64,000 nt of DNA. It comes from Parasutterella excrementihominis. Its GTDB lineage: Bacteria > Bacillota_I > Bacilli_A > RFN20 > CAG-826. The translations under genes and the position numbers were made by a program. The DNA lies in the NCBI GenBank assembly GCA_963614595.1, contig CAVECL010000002.1, forward strand, positions 5,689-69,688, read 5' to 3'. Below the pieces are notes generated by a model, which was given only the letters and a program-made list of their open reading frames with translations, had not been told where the DNA came from and did no database searches. Below, piece after piece: positions 37,780-47,830 of this stretch (the stretch's first letter is position 1; each line of letters begins with the position of its first letter).

Positions 37780-38484
37780 ATGTCTTCGATTCGCGTAGAG
37801 CATTTGTGCAAAATCTATAATCAAGGAAAAGAAAATGAAGTTATCGCGCTGAACGACGTTTCCTTTTCCGCGGAAGAAGGCGAATTCATTGTCATCATCG
37901 GCCCTTCTGGCGCTGGAAAGAGCACCCTTCTTAACCTACTAGGCGGCATGGACGTTTCCACTTCCGGCTCTTATTGGATTGGGAATGAGGACGCCTCGAA
38001 GTTCAGCGCGAAGCAATTGCAGCTGCTTCGTCGTGACAAGATCGGCTTTGTTTTTCAATTCTATAATCTCATGCCGAACCTAACGGCTTTAGAAAACGTT
38101 GCATTAGCAGCGTCTGTTGTCGATAACGCCTTCGATCCGAAGACGACCTTAGAAGGAGTTGGCTTGGGCAAACGCTTGGGCAATTTCCCCTCCGAGCTTT
38201 CTGGTGGCGAGCAGCAAAGGGTCGCCATCGCCCGCGCTTTGGTGAAGAACCCCGCCCTGCTTCTTTGCGATGAGCCCACGGGGGCGCTTGATTCGAAAAC
38301 CGGAGCCAGCATCATCAAACTTCTTTCGGATGTCTGCGCTTCTTATAAGAAGACTGTTTTGATGGTCACTCACAACGCGAAAATCGCTTCCGTCGCGAAA
38401 CGGGTTTTAAAGATCGCTGATGGGCGGATCGTTGAGGATATCCATAACGATCATCCCTTGAGTCCTGAGGAAGTGAGCTGGTAA
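37780..38484 (+). CDS. ABC transporter ATP-binding protein (MacB/LolD/FtsE-like)
   Basis: Walker [11 protein letters not shown]-loop, signature [15 protein letters not shown], Walker [13 protein letters not shown] and H-loop THN. There is no adjacent FtsX-type permease. Confidence 0.9.
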   Translation: MSSIRVEHLCKIYNQGKENEVIALNDVSFSAEEGEFIVIIGPSGAGKSTLLNLLGGMDVSTSGSYWIGNEDASKFSAKQLQLLRRDKIGFVFQFYNLMPNLTALENVALAASVVDNAFDPKTTLEGVGLGKRLGNFPSELSGGEQQRVAIARALVKNPALLLCDEPTGALDSKTGASIIKLLSDVCASYKKTVLMVTHNAKIASVAKRVLKIADGRIVEDIHNDHPLSPEEVSW

Positions 38485-39420
38485 ATGGGAAAAAAGAAGC
38501 GGTATTTGCATTGGTTTCGGAAGAACATCCTTTCTTCCATTGGCTTGCGCGTGCTTCATAAGGCCAAGTCCGTGGAGAAGTGGAAAGGCCAAAAAGGGCC
38601 TAGCTTGGAGGAAACGGACGAATCTCTTTGCAAAGCGATAGATTCAAAGGTTCCGTTTGCTGCGATTCGTTTTGGGGCTGTCGAACTCTCTTGCTTGAAT
38701 AACCACGAGAAGATCGAGCTCGGTCTAAAGAAACATTATAAGGGGTCCGTCGTTTATTCCATGAAAAACAACGCGGGATTCTTCCCTGCCGACGAAGCAT
38801 CCTTGCAGGAATATGGCGACCGGCTTCTGCCTTTGCTAAAAGAAACGACATTCTTAGGAATCTCGGGCGTCCATATGGAAGAGTACTTCCAAGAAGTATA
38901 TTGCCCCGATAGCCAAACCCTCCTTTATGAAGGGTTTGAACCGCTTCATGGTCGATGGTCTAGCCATCTCAAAGGAAAGAAGGTGCTGGTGATTTCTCCG
39001 TTCGCCGATCAAATTAAAGATCAGTACGCGAAAAGAGATAAGTTATTCCCCAAGGGCAGCGACATCCTTCCCGAATTCACTTTGCTAACGATCGAATCTC
39101 CTTTGACTTGCGCGGATGGCGTTGTAGAAGGGTCGAACTTCTTTGCCGAATTGGAAAAAATGAAAAAAGCGATGTCGGAATGCGATTTTGACATCGCGCT
39201 TATCGGCGCGGGGGCTTACGGGACATTCCTTGCCTTAGAAGCGAAGCGTCTTGGGAAACAAGGCATTCAGACAGGCGGGGCCACGATGACTCTCTTTGGG
39301 TTGATTGGCAAACGGTGGGACAAGCGTGACCACGTGGTAAAATATGTTAATTCTTCGTGGGTTAGGCCCTCTCGGAAACCTGCTGGATATGAGAAAATAG
39401 AAGGAGGAGCGTATTGGTGA
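38485..39420 (+). CDS. Putative GT-D-fold (DUF1792-like) glycosyltransferase, tentative
   Basis: ...FAAIRFGAVELSCL... near the N-terminus and ...DIALIGAGAYGTFLALEAKRLGKQGIQTGG near the C-terminus resemble the DUF1792/GT-D layout. I could not verify this without an HMM search. Confidence 0.35.
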   Translation: MGKKKRYLHWFRKNILSSIGLRVLHKAKSVEKWKGQKGPSLEETDESLCKAIDSKVPFAAIRFGAVELSCLNNHEKIELGLKKHYKGSVVYSMKNNAGFFPADEASLQEYGDRLLPLLKETTFLGISGVHMEEYFQEVYCPDSQTLLYEGFEPLHGRWSSHLKGKKVLVISPFADQIKDQYAKRDKLFPKGSDILPEFTLLTIESPLTCADGVVEGSNFFAELEKMKKAMSECDFDIALIGAGAYGTFLALEAKRLGKQGIQTGGATMTLFGLIGKRWDKRDHVVKYVNSSWVRPSRKPAGYEKIEGGAYW

Positions 39421-40838
39421 TGGAAGAAAACGATATTTCAAAGAATGCCGAAGAGACGGCTTTTCTGTCTCGCTATGATACGGTTTTATCTTTTTTATCC
39501 CTTGAGGTTCTTTGTTTAGGGACTTTTGCCCTGGGAGGTGCATTGGGCCTCACCATTTTCCGCATTCTCAGCCTTTTCTTGTCCTTCATCACGATTGGCT
39601 TCTTGTTCAACAACTACTGCGCGGAAGAAAAAAAGCGTTACTGGATACGCTTGATCCCCTTTCTTTGCCTTGCCTTGCTTCTTGGGCTTTCGCGGTTTTT
39701 TCTAACAAGCGGAACGTCTTTTTTCAGCGATCTCATTAATGGCCTAGTTGTCAGCGTGGGCCTCATCGGCTTCTTTTTGCTAGGACAAGGGGTTAAATCG
39801 ATCCCCGTCCTTAAAAAAGACATCATCTTGCTTTGCCTAGGCGGAACGCTTGCCTTAATGGTTTTGATCCCCGGCTTTTACTCCTTGGTCCGCTATGGCT
39901 TCTTCTACGCTCAAAAATACAAGGGAATGGTTTATTACTACGATGGAGTTGTTTTCCAAATCGCAAATGAGACGAAGGCTTTGAGCGGATTCTCTTTCTT
40001 GGAAGTCAGCCTTTCTTATGGGAAGTTCGCTTCTTTCTTGCTGAGCCTTGCTGCGATTCCGTGCATGTTCATCTCTCCCAAAAAGGAGACGAAGCGCTTC
40101 CTTTGCTTCCTTGGCTTTGGCTTGTTTGGCCTATTGGATTTAATCATCGTGCCCTTCTGGCTCGCTTTGATTCTTGTGGCGTTTATTTATTTGCTCGCTT
40201 TTATTTATCGGCTTGTTTGGGGGAATGTGCAAAAGAACGGCAGCCAAGAAAAAGCCGATAAAGCCTTGAAAATTTGCTTCTTCGTTTTGATAGGTCTTGT
40301 ATTGGCTGGATTGGTTTTCTTGACGATTGACGCCTTGACGAATTCCATTATTTCCAAATTGCCTATTAAAGCTGTGCAGGCAAGCAGAGCAAACGGCATT
40401 CTCTCCCGCATCGCCAACGCCATTCGCGGCGTTTTCCTAGAGGAAGGCGACTCAGGCAAAAAACTTAACTTGCTCGGAATGCTTTTCGGGGTCAATTCTT
40501 CCTATGCAAGCGATAAGATGCTCACTAGGGTTTTTGAGTTTAGCTTGCTTTGGGAAAACGGCCTAATCGCGTTCGCTTTGTTCCTTTGCTGCGCTTTCTT
40601 CATGATCAAAGAATCCCACCGCTTCTTGGTGAAAGGGAATGAGAGAATGGATTATAAAGTAGCCGTTGTCGCGCTTCTTCTTGGATTATTCCTCTACCTT
40701 TCCATTTTCAACGATGAGCAGCCCGCTCGTCATTCGGAAGCCTTCTACGCTTGTAGCAGAGGGTCCTTCCCGATGCTTGCTTGCTTTGCTTCCGGCTTGA
40801 TTTATACCCATAAGAAAAAGGAGGCTCGTCATGAATAA
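39420..40838 (+). CDS. Polytopic membrane protein, O-antigen polymerase/ligase (Wzy)-like
   Basis: About 11-12 TM helices. The late segment RVFEFSLLWENGLIAFALFL resembles the Wzy_C block. TGATG overlap with the upstream gene. Confidence 0.45.
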   Translation: MEENDISKNAEETAFLSRYDTVLSFLSLEVLCLGTFALGGALGLTIFRILSLFLSFITIGFLFNNYCAEEKKRYWIRLIPFLCLALLLGLSRFFLTSGTSFFSDLINGLVVSVGLIGFFLLGQGVKSIPVLKKDIILLCLGGTLALMVLIPGFYSLVRYGFFYAQKYKGMVYYYDGVVFQIANETKALSGFSFLEVSLSYGKFASFLLSLAAIPCMFISPKKETKRFLCFLGFGLFGLLDLIIVPFWLALILVAFIYLLAFIYRLVWGNVQKNGSQEKADKALKICFFVLIGLVLAGLVFLTIDALTNSIISKLPIKAVQASRANGILSRIANAIRGVFLEEGDSGKKLNLLGMLFGVNSSYASDKMLTRVFEFSLLWENGLIAFALFLCCAFFMIKESHRFLVKGNERMDYKVAVVALLLGLFLYLSIFNDEQPARHSEAFYACSRGSFPMLACFASGLIYTHKKKEARHE

Positions 40839-41835
40839 GAGAAACCTTTGCGCGCCACTTCTAATTTGCCTCTCTCTGATTTCCTGCGCAGACACATCCG
40901 AACTATACAAAGGGAACGCTTATATCGCGGTTAATTTCATAGACAACCGTTATTCCATTTGGCCGGATAAACTAAAGAATGCGACTATTAAAGAAACGAA
41001 AAATCTCGTGAACGTCAAGGAAGACGGCAGCACGAATGGTTGCTATTTCGCCGGCAGCGACATCGCCGGCGATGGAGTGACTTGCTATGGCTACAATCAG
41101 CTTAAAGCCAGACATCCGGAAGCCGTGACGGTCGACGGAACAAAAGATGGGACGCCTTTGTATTGGACGATTCCCAGCGGAGGCATGACTTTAAGCAATG
41201 GGACCCGCATATACGCCGGGGCTGACATCATCAACAATGGCGTCGGGGAATGGGCGGATCAGTCGCCCTTAGTTGGCGTGCTGTATGGCCAAACCAAAAA
41301 GCTCAATCTTTTGAACTCCGCCTTCTCGCGCGGCTATTTGTCGAAACTTTATAATGGGCAGATTCAATGCGACGCTTGGTCGAGTTATTCTCTTGTTGAG
41401 CTTGATAGATCGGGATATGGGACCTTCTTCCCCGTGGAGCTTCATAGCGCCTCTTATTTCGCGTTCTCCTGCCGCGGAGGCAGCGACACTCCAGGCGCTT
41501 CTGGAGGCAGACTCAGTCGCTTTGATATAAATGTGACCTTCTATAAGTTGGAAAATGAGGGTTATACTGGGACGACTTTTGCTCTTGATAATGTTCCTTT
41601 GGAGACCAATATCTCCGCAGAACACACTTCTTTAGTTGGCTTTTACTTCGATGAAGTAGGCTATGATCCAAGCGGAGTGGTCGGCATGTCCGTGACTTAT
41701 TCTTTAAAAGAGGACAAATCCTTAATCGATGGCGTCTATGTTTGCCCGACGGATGATTTCGACGATCCCGATGCGACCTATCATACGGGATTGATCATGC
41801 TTGAAGTTTTGTTCCCGGATTCAGAATGGAATTGA
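40831..41835 (+). CDS. Lipoprotein, unknown function
   Basis: GGAGG ribosome-binding site. Lipobox LSLISC. 8-nt overlap with the upstream gene. Confidence 0.65.
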   Translation: MNKRNLCAPLLICLSLISCADTSELYKGNAYIAVNFIDNRYSIWPDKLKNATIKETKNLVNVKEDGSTNGCYFAGSDIAGDGVTCYGYNQLKARHPEAVTVDGTKDGTPLYWTIPSGGMTLSNGTRIYAGADIINNGVGEWADQSPLVGVLYGQTKKLNLLNSAFSRGYLSKLYNGQIQCDAWSSYSLVELDRSGYGTFFPVELHSASYFAFSCRGGSDTPGASGGRLSRFDINVTFYKLENEGYTGTTFALDNVPLETNISAEHTSLVGFYFDEVGYDPSGVVGMSVTYSLKEDKSLIDGVYVCPTDDFDDPDATYHTGLIMLEVLFPDSEWN

Positions 41836-41838
41836 GGG

Positions 41839-42753
41839 TCACTTCTTTTTGAGATAAGGCGAGATATCAAGCCACTCTCCCATAGTGAAATCGCAGGAAT
41901 CGTCATCTAAGATGAGCGTTCCTTTGGCTGGAGTGAAAGTCATCTCGCTGAAATATATTTTCCCATCGATCTCATAAAGATCGCACCGCACGAAAGGAAA
42001 GGGCGCGCAAAGGTCTTCCGCCATTTTGACCATGGCATCCCAATCTTTCGGTTTTTCCGGGCATACGTCTGCTTTTTTCCAGCCATTGAACTGGCTTCCA
42101 TCAAAAGGCTCCCAAGCAGTTGTCAGCTCCGTGTAACGGATATCTTTGCCTCTTCCCGTTACCACATACAGGTTCTTTGCTTTTCCGTTATAGACATGGA
42201 TCTTATATTCGACGGGCAAGGAAGAAGGGTCGCCCATCCATTTCTCAATGATGATTTGAGGCTTGATCGGCGAATAATGACGCTCCACGGTTTTCTTGCC
42301 ATAGTCGGAAGAAAGCCAGTGGTCGAATTTCTTTTTTGCTGCGTTAAGGTCAAGACTTGCTTTGTCTTTGACCAAGATATTCCATCCTGAAGCATGGGAG
42401 CATTTCATGACGAAACGATCGGGGAGGCTATCAAAAGGAATGTCGGAGAAACGATCAAAAACCCCGTAAATCGGGATTAGATTATCCCCGTATCCTTTTT
42501 CTTTTACGTAATCTCTTACTCCGACTCTTCCAGCGCAGCGGCTGACTTCCTTCCATTTTGGGTAAACGTATAGCCTCAGGTATTGGAGCTTTTCCGTGTA
42601 ACGCACAGGCGGATTCAAATGAAGCTTATGATGGGTTATGTAGCGATATTGCAGCTTTACGTAAAGCGTCGGGGATATGCATTTCACAAACGGGCGGGCG
42701 ATGGAGCCCAATGCTCTTTTCACCTTGTTTTCCCTTAAGTTGGGGTTGCTCAT
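41839..42753 (-). CDS. TupA-like ATP-grasp amidoligase family protein
   Basis: ...KLQYLRLY..., FDSLPDRFVMKCSHASGWNILVKDK, EYKIHVYNGKAKNLYVV and FVRCDLYEIDGKIYFSEMTFTP match ATPgrasp_TupA. Confidence 0.75.
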   Translation of the reverse strand: MSNPNLRENKVKRALGSIARPFVKCISPTLYVKLQYRYITHHKLHLNPPVRYTEKLQYLRLYVYPKWKEVSRCAGRVGVRDYVKEKGYGDNLIPIYGVFDRFSDIPFDSLPDRFVMKCSHASGWNILVKDKASLDLNAAKKKFDHWLSSDYGKKTVERHYSPIKPQIIIEKWMGDPSSLPVEYKIHVYNGKAKNLYVVTGRGKDIRYTELTTAWEPFDGSQFNGWKKADVCPEKPKDWDAMVKMAEDLCAPFPFVRCDLYEIDGKIYFSEMTFTPAKGTLILDDDSCDFTMGEWLDISPYLKKK

Positions 42754-44312
42754 TCTTTAGCCTCCTTCTTTTTGAAAAAGGAATAGATGGTCTGCTCTTT
42801 TAGCAAGAACAAAGAAATCAGATAGACGAACGCGTCAAGCGCAACGGTGATAAGCAATGAGCATAAGGATATTTGCCAGGCTTCTTCAAAGACATTGGCG
42901 AGGACGTTAGAAAGGAAGGGGCAGAAGAAATAAGAGAACGTGGCGATGGCGATGCCCACCGCAACGATTTTCAGGTTGTTCAAATTGAAGACCGCCTTAA
43001 AGGAGTATTGACGGGATGCGTAGATGAGATAGGCGCAAAGCAATAAGTCGCTTACTGCGGTTGCTAAAGCGACGCCGATTGCCGGGTGATCTTTGAAGAA
43101 GACCAAGGCGAAAAGGACGGACAAACCGACATTGAGCACGACTCCGAAGGTCATTGCATAGAGGTAGTACTTCTCTTTTTTCATCGGCAAGAGGATCTCG
43201 TTGTAGATGTTATCGCCAATAGAATAGGTCAGCATCATCAGCGAAAGCGTGACTAGCACCCAATCTGCGTCTTGATACATATTGCTCCCTGACAAAACGT
43301 CTCCTGAACCTGAGATCAAAGAGGTGATTGGCCTTGCCATCGTGGCCATCGTCGCGATAGCGGGAATCGCGATGAAAAAAGTCAAAGCGAAGGACCCGTT
43401 GATTAATATTTGATAGAAGCGCTTGTTTTCTTTCCCATAGTAATAAGAGGCTCTAGGAAGGAAAACGGCATAAAGAGAAGTGATCAGGGTAATGACGATG
43501 TCGATGCCTTTGACCCCAACCGAATAGGAACCGACGCTGGCTTTGCTCGCATCGATTAAACCTAGTAGGAACTGGTCGGTTTGGTTATAGAGGGTGAGCG
43601 CGAATGAGATGAGGAAAAGCACGAGAAGAGGCTGAATAAGCGGTTTGATTGGGCACAGTTTTGCCTTCCTCAGCGAGATGTAACGAGGCAGCAGCAAACA
43701 GTTTGCTAATGAGGTGAGCAAGGTATAACTGATGGCAATCAAAGCGTAGATGTAAACTTCGCCCATTAGAAAAGCGTAAGTATCGCTGCGCCGGATGAAC
43801 ATAAATGTCATTAGCGCCCCGACAGCTATGAAAGAAATGGAGCGGACTGTGATATAGAAATGCTTTTCGAGAGCGATGTATATCCATTCGAAGCTGAAAG
43901 CCCCCGCCAGGAAATTCAGCGACAATAGGAAAATAAGCTCCTTGCTTTCTAACAAAGAAGGAACGCTGAAGACGAATGCGCACATTAAGGCGAACGAAAA
44001 AAGGGTCGTAATTCCTTGGATAAGAAAGAAAGTTTTTGCTAAAGAGGCCAATTTTTCCTTGTCGTCTTTTACTTTTGAGCATTCCCGAATCGCAAGGTTC
44101 GGAATCGAGATCTTAGCTAAAACGATGAAGTAATAAACGAAGGCGTTTGCCCAGCTGTAGAGACCGAAAACCTGATCTCCTAAGGCCCTGGTGATATAGG
44201 GATAAGTCAAAAAGGAAAGGATGGTCATCGTCAGCGTGCGGATCAGATTGATGATGACGTTCGAGCGCACGCTCAAGGTATTTCTTTCGCTTTTCTTCGT
44301 TTCGGCGGCCAT
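42750..44312 (-). CDS. MOP-superfamily oligosaccharide flippase (Wzx-like)
   Basis: I chose the ATG at 44312 (MAAETKKSERNTLSVRSNVIINLIRTLTMTILSFLTYPYITRALG...). The N-terminus is typical of polysaccharide-biosynthesis proteins, with about 14 TM helices. The listed longer ORF would overlap the divergent GT4 gene. Confidence 0.75.
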   Translation of the reverse strand: MAAETKKSERNTLSVRSNVIINLIRTLTMTILSFLTYPYITRALGDQVFGLYSWANAFVYYFIVLAKISIPNLAIRECSKVKDDKEKLASLAKTFFLIQGITTLFSFALMCAFVFSVPSLLESKELIFLLSLNFLAGAFSFEWIYIALEKHFYITVRSISFIAVGALMTFMFIRRSDTYAFLMGEVYIYALIAISYTLLTSLANCLLLPRYISLRKAKLCPIKPLIQPLLVLFLISFALTLYNQTDQFLLGLIDASKASVGSYSVGVKGIDIVITLITSLYAVFLPRASYYYGKENKRFYQILINGSFALTFFIAIPAIATMATMARPITSLISGSGDVLSGSNMYQDADWVLVTLSLMMLTYSIGDNIYNEILLPMKKEKYYLYAMTFGVVLNVGLSVLFALVFFKDHPAIGVALATAVSDLLLCAYLIYASRQYSFKAVFNLNNLKIVAVGIAIATFSYFFCPFLSNVLANVFEEAWQISLCSLLITVALDAFVYLISLFLLKEQTIYSFFKKKEAKE

Positions 44313-44363
44313 TGCTTGGATTATTATACACGCGCGGAAGAATTTCTTTCTTTTTGTGAGATA

Positions 44364-45557
44364 ATGGGCCTGATGAAAATTCTTGTCGTAACGCCCCATT
44401 ATTATCCCGAAGGTTTTTCCATCACTGCGATGTGCGAGGAATGGGCGAAAGAAGGAAATGAAGTTCTTGTCGTCACCGATAAACCCAATTATGGCTTCGG
44501 ACGGATTCTGCCTGAATATCGTCATGTGAACGATGAAGTGATAAACGGGGTAAGAGTCCACCGCTGCAATAGTTTTGCCCGCAAGGACTCGAGAGTCTCG
44601 ATCATTAAGAATTACCTTTCCTATTATTTGACCACGAAACGTTACCTTGCTCATCTTAAGGAAGAGTTTGATGTCGTTTATTCTTTCTCCCTATCCCCCA
44701 TCATGAGCATTTCTGGGGCCAACGTTTATGCAAGAAAGCACCATGTTCGCCACGTTTTGCACTGTCTTGACCTTTGGCCGGAATCCGTTTCGTCTACGGG
44801 TGCGATGAGTAAGAAGAATCCCGGATACCGCATTCTTTATCATTGGTCGAAAGAGATTTATAAAAAGGCGGACGAAATTTTGGTTTCATCCCCTTCTTTT
44901 AAAACTTACTTTGAAGAGGTTCTCAAATTGCCGGGAAACAATATTTCCTTTGTCCCTCAGCCCCCTTATTTGGTAGAACAAAGCGGAGATAATTTCCAAT
45001 ATCCCCGCAAAAACGCCTTTCTTTATGCGGGGAATATCGGCCGTTTGCAACTTGTTGAGCAATTATGCGAGGCTTTTTCGCTACTTCCTGGAGACATTGA
45101 AACCACCCTTTACATCATTGGGATGGGCGCCAGACAAAAACAGGTTGAACAGCTTATTGAAGAGAAGCATCTAGAAGGTCGCGTTGCTTTCTTGGGCCCT
45201 CAGCCAAGAAAAGAAACGGCGAGATACTATGCCAACGTCGATGCAATCGTCGTCAGCCTTATGGACAAAGGTTTTGTTGGTAAGACAATCCCTAATAAAT
45301 TAAGTTCTTCTCTTTATTACGGGAAACCATTTTTTGGAGTTATTCAAGGCGACGGCAGAGCAATTCTAGAGAAAACCGGCGGTGCCATTCTTTCAAATGG
45401 CGAAGATCCCTCTTCCATTAAGGAAGCGCTGCTTCAATTTTTGAAGCTAAGCGAGGAAGACAAAGCGAAAATGGGCGAAGCAAACAAAAAATGTTTCGAA
45501 GATATTTTCTCTTTTTCTTCCTGCATGAAACAAATCAACGAGCACTTAAAGAAGTGA
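44364..45557 (+). CDS. Glycosyltransferase family 4 (WcaI-like)
   Basis: MKILVVTPHYYPEGFSITAMCEEWAKEGNEVLVVTDKPNYG is typical of the family. The start is the ATG at 44364 or 44373. Confidence 0.75.
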   Translation: MGLMKILVVTPHYYPEGFSITAMCEEWAKEGNEVLVVTDKPNYGFGRILPEYRHVNDEVINGVRVHRCNSFARKDSRVSIIKNYLSYYLTTKRYLAHLKEEFDVVYSFSLSPIMSISGANVYARKHHVRHVLHCLDLWPESVSSTGAMSKKNPGYRILYHWSKEIYKKADEILVSSPSFKTYFEEVLKLPGNNISFVPQPPYLVEQSGDNFQYPRKNAFLYAGNIGRLQLVEQLCEAFSLLPGDIETTLYIIGMGARQKQVEQLIEEKHLEGRVAFLGPQPRKETARYYANVDAIVVSLMDKGFVGKTIPNKLSSSLYYGKPFFGVIQGDGRAILEKTGGAILSNGEDPSSIKEALLQFLKLSEEDKAKMGEANKKCFEDIFSFSSCMKQINEHLKK

Positions 45558-46692
45558 GAAAATCGATGAAGGCTTTCCCAATCGCATAGGAGCCCAAGTC
45601 CCTTTTTATGCTTGAAGGGGACATATTTGGCTTAACTTTTGTGACTATGCCATTTTTTCCAATGTGTTCTTTGTAAAATTTTACCAGGCTAGCCGTTGGG
45701 TCTTCCCCGTTATTAGGAAGGACGTTTATCGAGTTTTCGTAAGCCTTCAAAATGGGCGTTGAGGGAGTCGATAGAATGGTGGATCCAGAAGCAAGGTATT
45801 CCAAAACCTTCGAAGGGACCGAAACTTCATCGAGCTTCTTTGAGTAGACGCGCGGATTGATCAGCAATGTGGCATTCTTCAAATAGGCGTAATGGTCTTG
45901 TTTTGTTAATTGCCCAACGAAGTGAACCCTTTTGCTGAGTTTGCACTTTTCTTTAAGAATGGATTCGTAAGGACCGTGCCCTGCGATAACGAGGTCGATA
46001 TTTGGCCGCGCTACCAAATAGCTGTCGATCAAGGCTTTGGTCCCGTCTTTGACGAATAACGCCCCTCCGTAATAAATGTAAGGCGTGCCTAAAGGAGAAG
46101 GACATGCTGGAATATCCTCGACTAGGCCCATTTTCACCAAGGCAGGGGCCTCGTTTTTATTGAATAAAGAAACAAGCCCTTTCGTCAAAGCAAAATATCC
46201 GTCGGCTTTAGAAGACAAGGAAAGGCATGTCTTTTGATAGGCCTTGCTTGTGCTGGAGATGTTATGCGGGTCATCCGTTAGAATCGCTATTCGTTTAGGC
46301 CCATATTTTTTGCTTAGGACTTTTGCGGCTTTTGCCAAAGACAAGTTCAAAGAATCGTAAAGAACAAAGTCGTTCTTTCCGATGTCTGGAAAGTCTGACT
46401 TTACTTTTTCAGCGATTTTCTTGGGCAAAGACAAAAAACGAAAAACCTTATTTCCCCTGCCGTCTAAATAATGGACGCGCAGAGGGCCATAGGGATCAAA
46501 TGTTTTCGCTTCCAGCCATCCTTCCTGGCTTGGGATCAACGAATAGGCTTCGGTTTGCACAAAACCAGAGAGCGCATGAAGCAATTTGTTGTGGAAGTTC
46601 TGCCCGGCCGGGTTTGGTTTCATAACGGCTTTCGCGTTGAGAAGCGCGAAGTCGCTTTCCTCGAGGGCGTTGCTAAGGTAAAAGATTCTCAT
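45535..46692 (-). CDS. Glycosyltransferase (GT-B fold, GT4-like)
   Basis: C-terminal GT1/GT4 core ...VHFVGQLTKQDHYAYLKNATLLINPR...PSKVLEYLASGSTILST. Its 3' end overlaps the convergent GT4 gene by 23 nt. Confidence 0.6.
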   Translation of the reverse strand: MRIFYLSNALEESDFALLNAKAVMKPNPAGQNFHNKLLHALSGFVQTEAYSLIPSQEGWLEAKTFDPYGPLRVHYLDGRGNKVFRFLSLPKKIAEKVKSDFPDIGKNDFVLYDSLNLSLAKAAKVLSKKYGPKRIAILTDDPHNISSTSKAYQKTCLSLSSKADGYFALTKGLVSLFNKNEAPALVKMGLVEDIPACPSPLGTPYIYYGGALFVKDGTKALIDSYLVARPNIDLVIAGHGPYESILKEKCKLSKRVHFVGQLTKQDHYAYLKNATLLINPRVYSKKLDEVSVPSKVLEYLASGSTILSTPSTPILKAYENSINVLPNNGEDPTASLVKFYKEHIGKNGIVTKVKPNMSPSSIKRDLGSYAIGKAFIDFLTSLSAR

Positions 46693-46700
46693 GATATGAT

Positions 46701-47792
46701 CTATTTGGCTTTTGAAAAGTAATCGACGAAAAACTGAGCGGATTTCTCCATTGTGTTGTCTCGGGCGACTTTTAAAGCGTTTTCTTCCATGGTTTTATTT
46801 GGAAAACCCCGCAAAAGGTTGGCGATTTCGTTTTCGTTATCCAAATTGATGAGATATCCGTTTTCCCCGTTTTTGATTAGATGAAGCGCCGCATTCACGT
46901 TTTTGGAGGACACAACCGGCAACGCTTGGCTTAAAGCCTCGTTGATTACGTGACCATAGATGTCTTCTTTCGAGAGGAAAACGAAGCAGTCCCCTGCTTT
47001 AAAGTATTTTAAGATCTCCTCATGCGGTTTGAAGGGCAGCAAGAAAACGTTATGAAGATCCAAAGAACGAATTAGGGATTCGTACTCTTCCTTTTGCTCC
47101 CCTTCCCCGAGGATATAGAGGCTATCCGAAGGATTCATGAGCCTCCATAAGCGAATCAAGGTTTTGTAGTTCTTTCTTTCGATGAACTGACCTACGGAAA
47201 AATAGATTCTTTCGCCTTTTAGTCCCAGCGTTTCCCTGAGCGTCTTTTTTTCTTTTAGGTCGATTGGCCCGTTGGGGAGTTCCTTTTCGAAAACCGTCGA
47301 ATAGGGGTAATAAGCAATTTTATCTTTGTCCGCCCCATAATAGGTTAAATATGAGGCGCTATTCTCATCGGGGCTGAAATAAAGTTTCGCCCCTTTGATG
47401 AAGTGGGTTTTGATAAGGCGCTTAAAAATGCCCTCATTCGGTTTAACGATGCCCCCATTGATCCAAAACACGTAAGGGATCTTATGACGTTTGCAATAAG
47501 CGATGGTCCTTTGTTCGGTTAGGGTCCTCCAACCGTTAATTACGATGATGTCATATCTGTTTTTCTTTAAAGCCTTAACGGGATCACGCGTATAGTTATC
47601 CCCCTCGCCCCAGGCTTTGGAGGCGCAGATATGGCAAGAAAACGAAAGAGGCTTCTCAGAATAGAAGATGCTGTTTCTGCTTTTTTCGCTTGCGCGTTCA
47701 AAATAGACATTGAGGTCCACTTGCTTTCCCAGCTCATTGAAGTAATTGATCTTGTAAGGGGCCGGGTGATTGAAAAGCCAAAACACTTTCAT
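46701..47792 (-). CDS. Glycosyltransferase family 4
   Basis: ...LYILGEGEQKEEYESLI...FLSKEDIYGHVINEALSQALPVVSS... (E-x7-E-type core). Confidence 0.7.
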   Translation of the reverse strand: MKVFWLFNHPAPYKINYFNELGKQVDLNVYFERASEKSRNSIFYSEKPLSFSCHICASKAWGEGDNYTRDPVKALKKNRYDIIVINGWRTLTEQRTIAYCKRHKIPYVFWINGGIVKPNEGIFKRLIKTHFIKGAKLYFSPDENSASYLTYYGADKDKIAYYPYSTVFEKELPNGPIDLKEKKTLRETLGLKGERIYFSVGQFIERKNYKTLIRLWRLMNPSDSLYILGEGEQKEEYESLIRSLDLHNVFLLPFKPHEEILKYFKAGDCFVFLSKEDIYGHVINEALSQALPVVSSKNVNAALHLIKNGENGYLINLDNENEIANLLRGFPNKTMEENALKVARDNTMEKSAQFFVDYFSKAK

Positions 47793-47830
47793 ATCCCCCT
47801 CATTATCTCACGGGAAGTTATAATCGTCCT

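Noticed and set aside
44313-44654. A 114-codon N-terminal extension of the flippase ORF, and the matching 5' extension of the GT4 ORF (44316-44363).
   Set aside because: The extensions overlap each other on opposite strands. Family-typical N-termini start at the ATG at 44312 (minus strand) and at 44364/44373 (plus strand).
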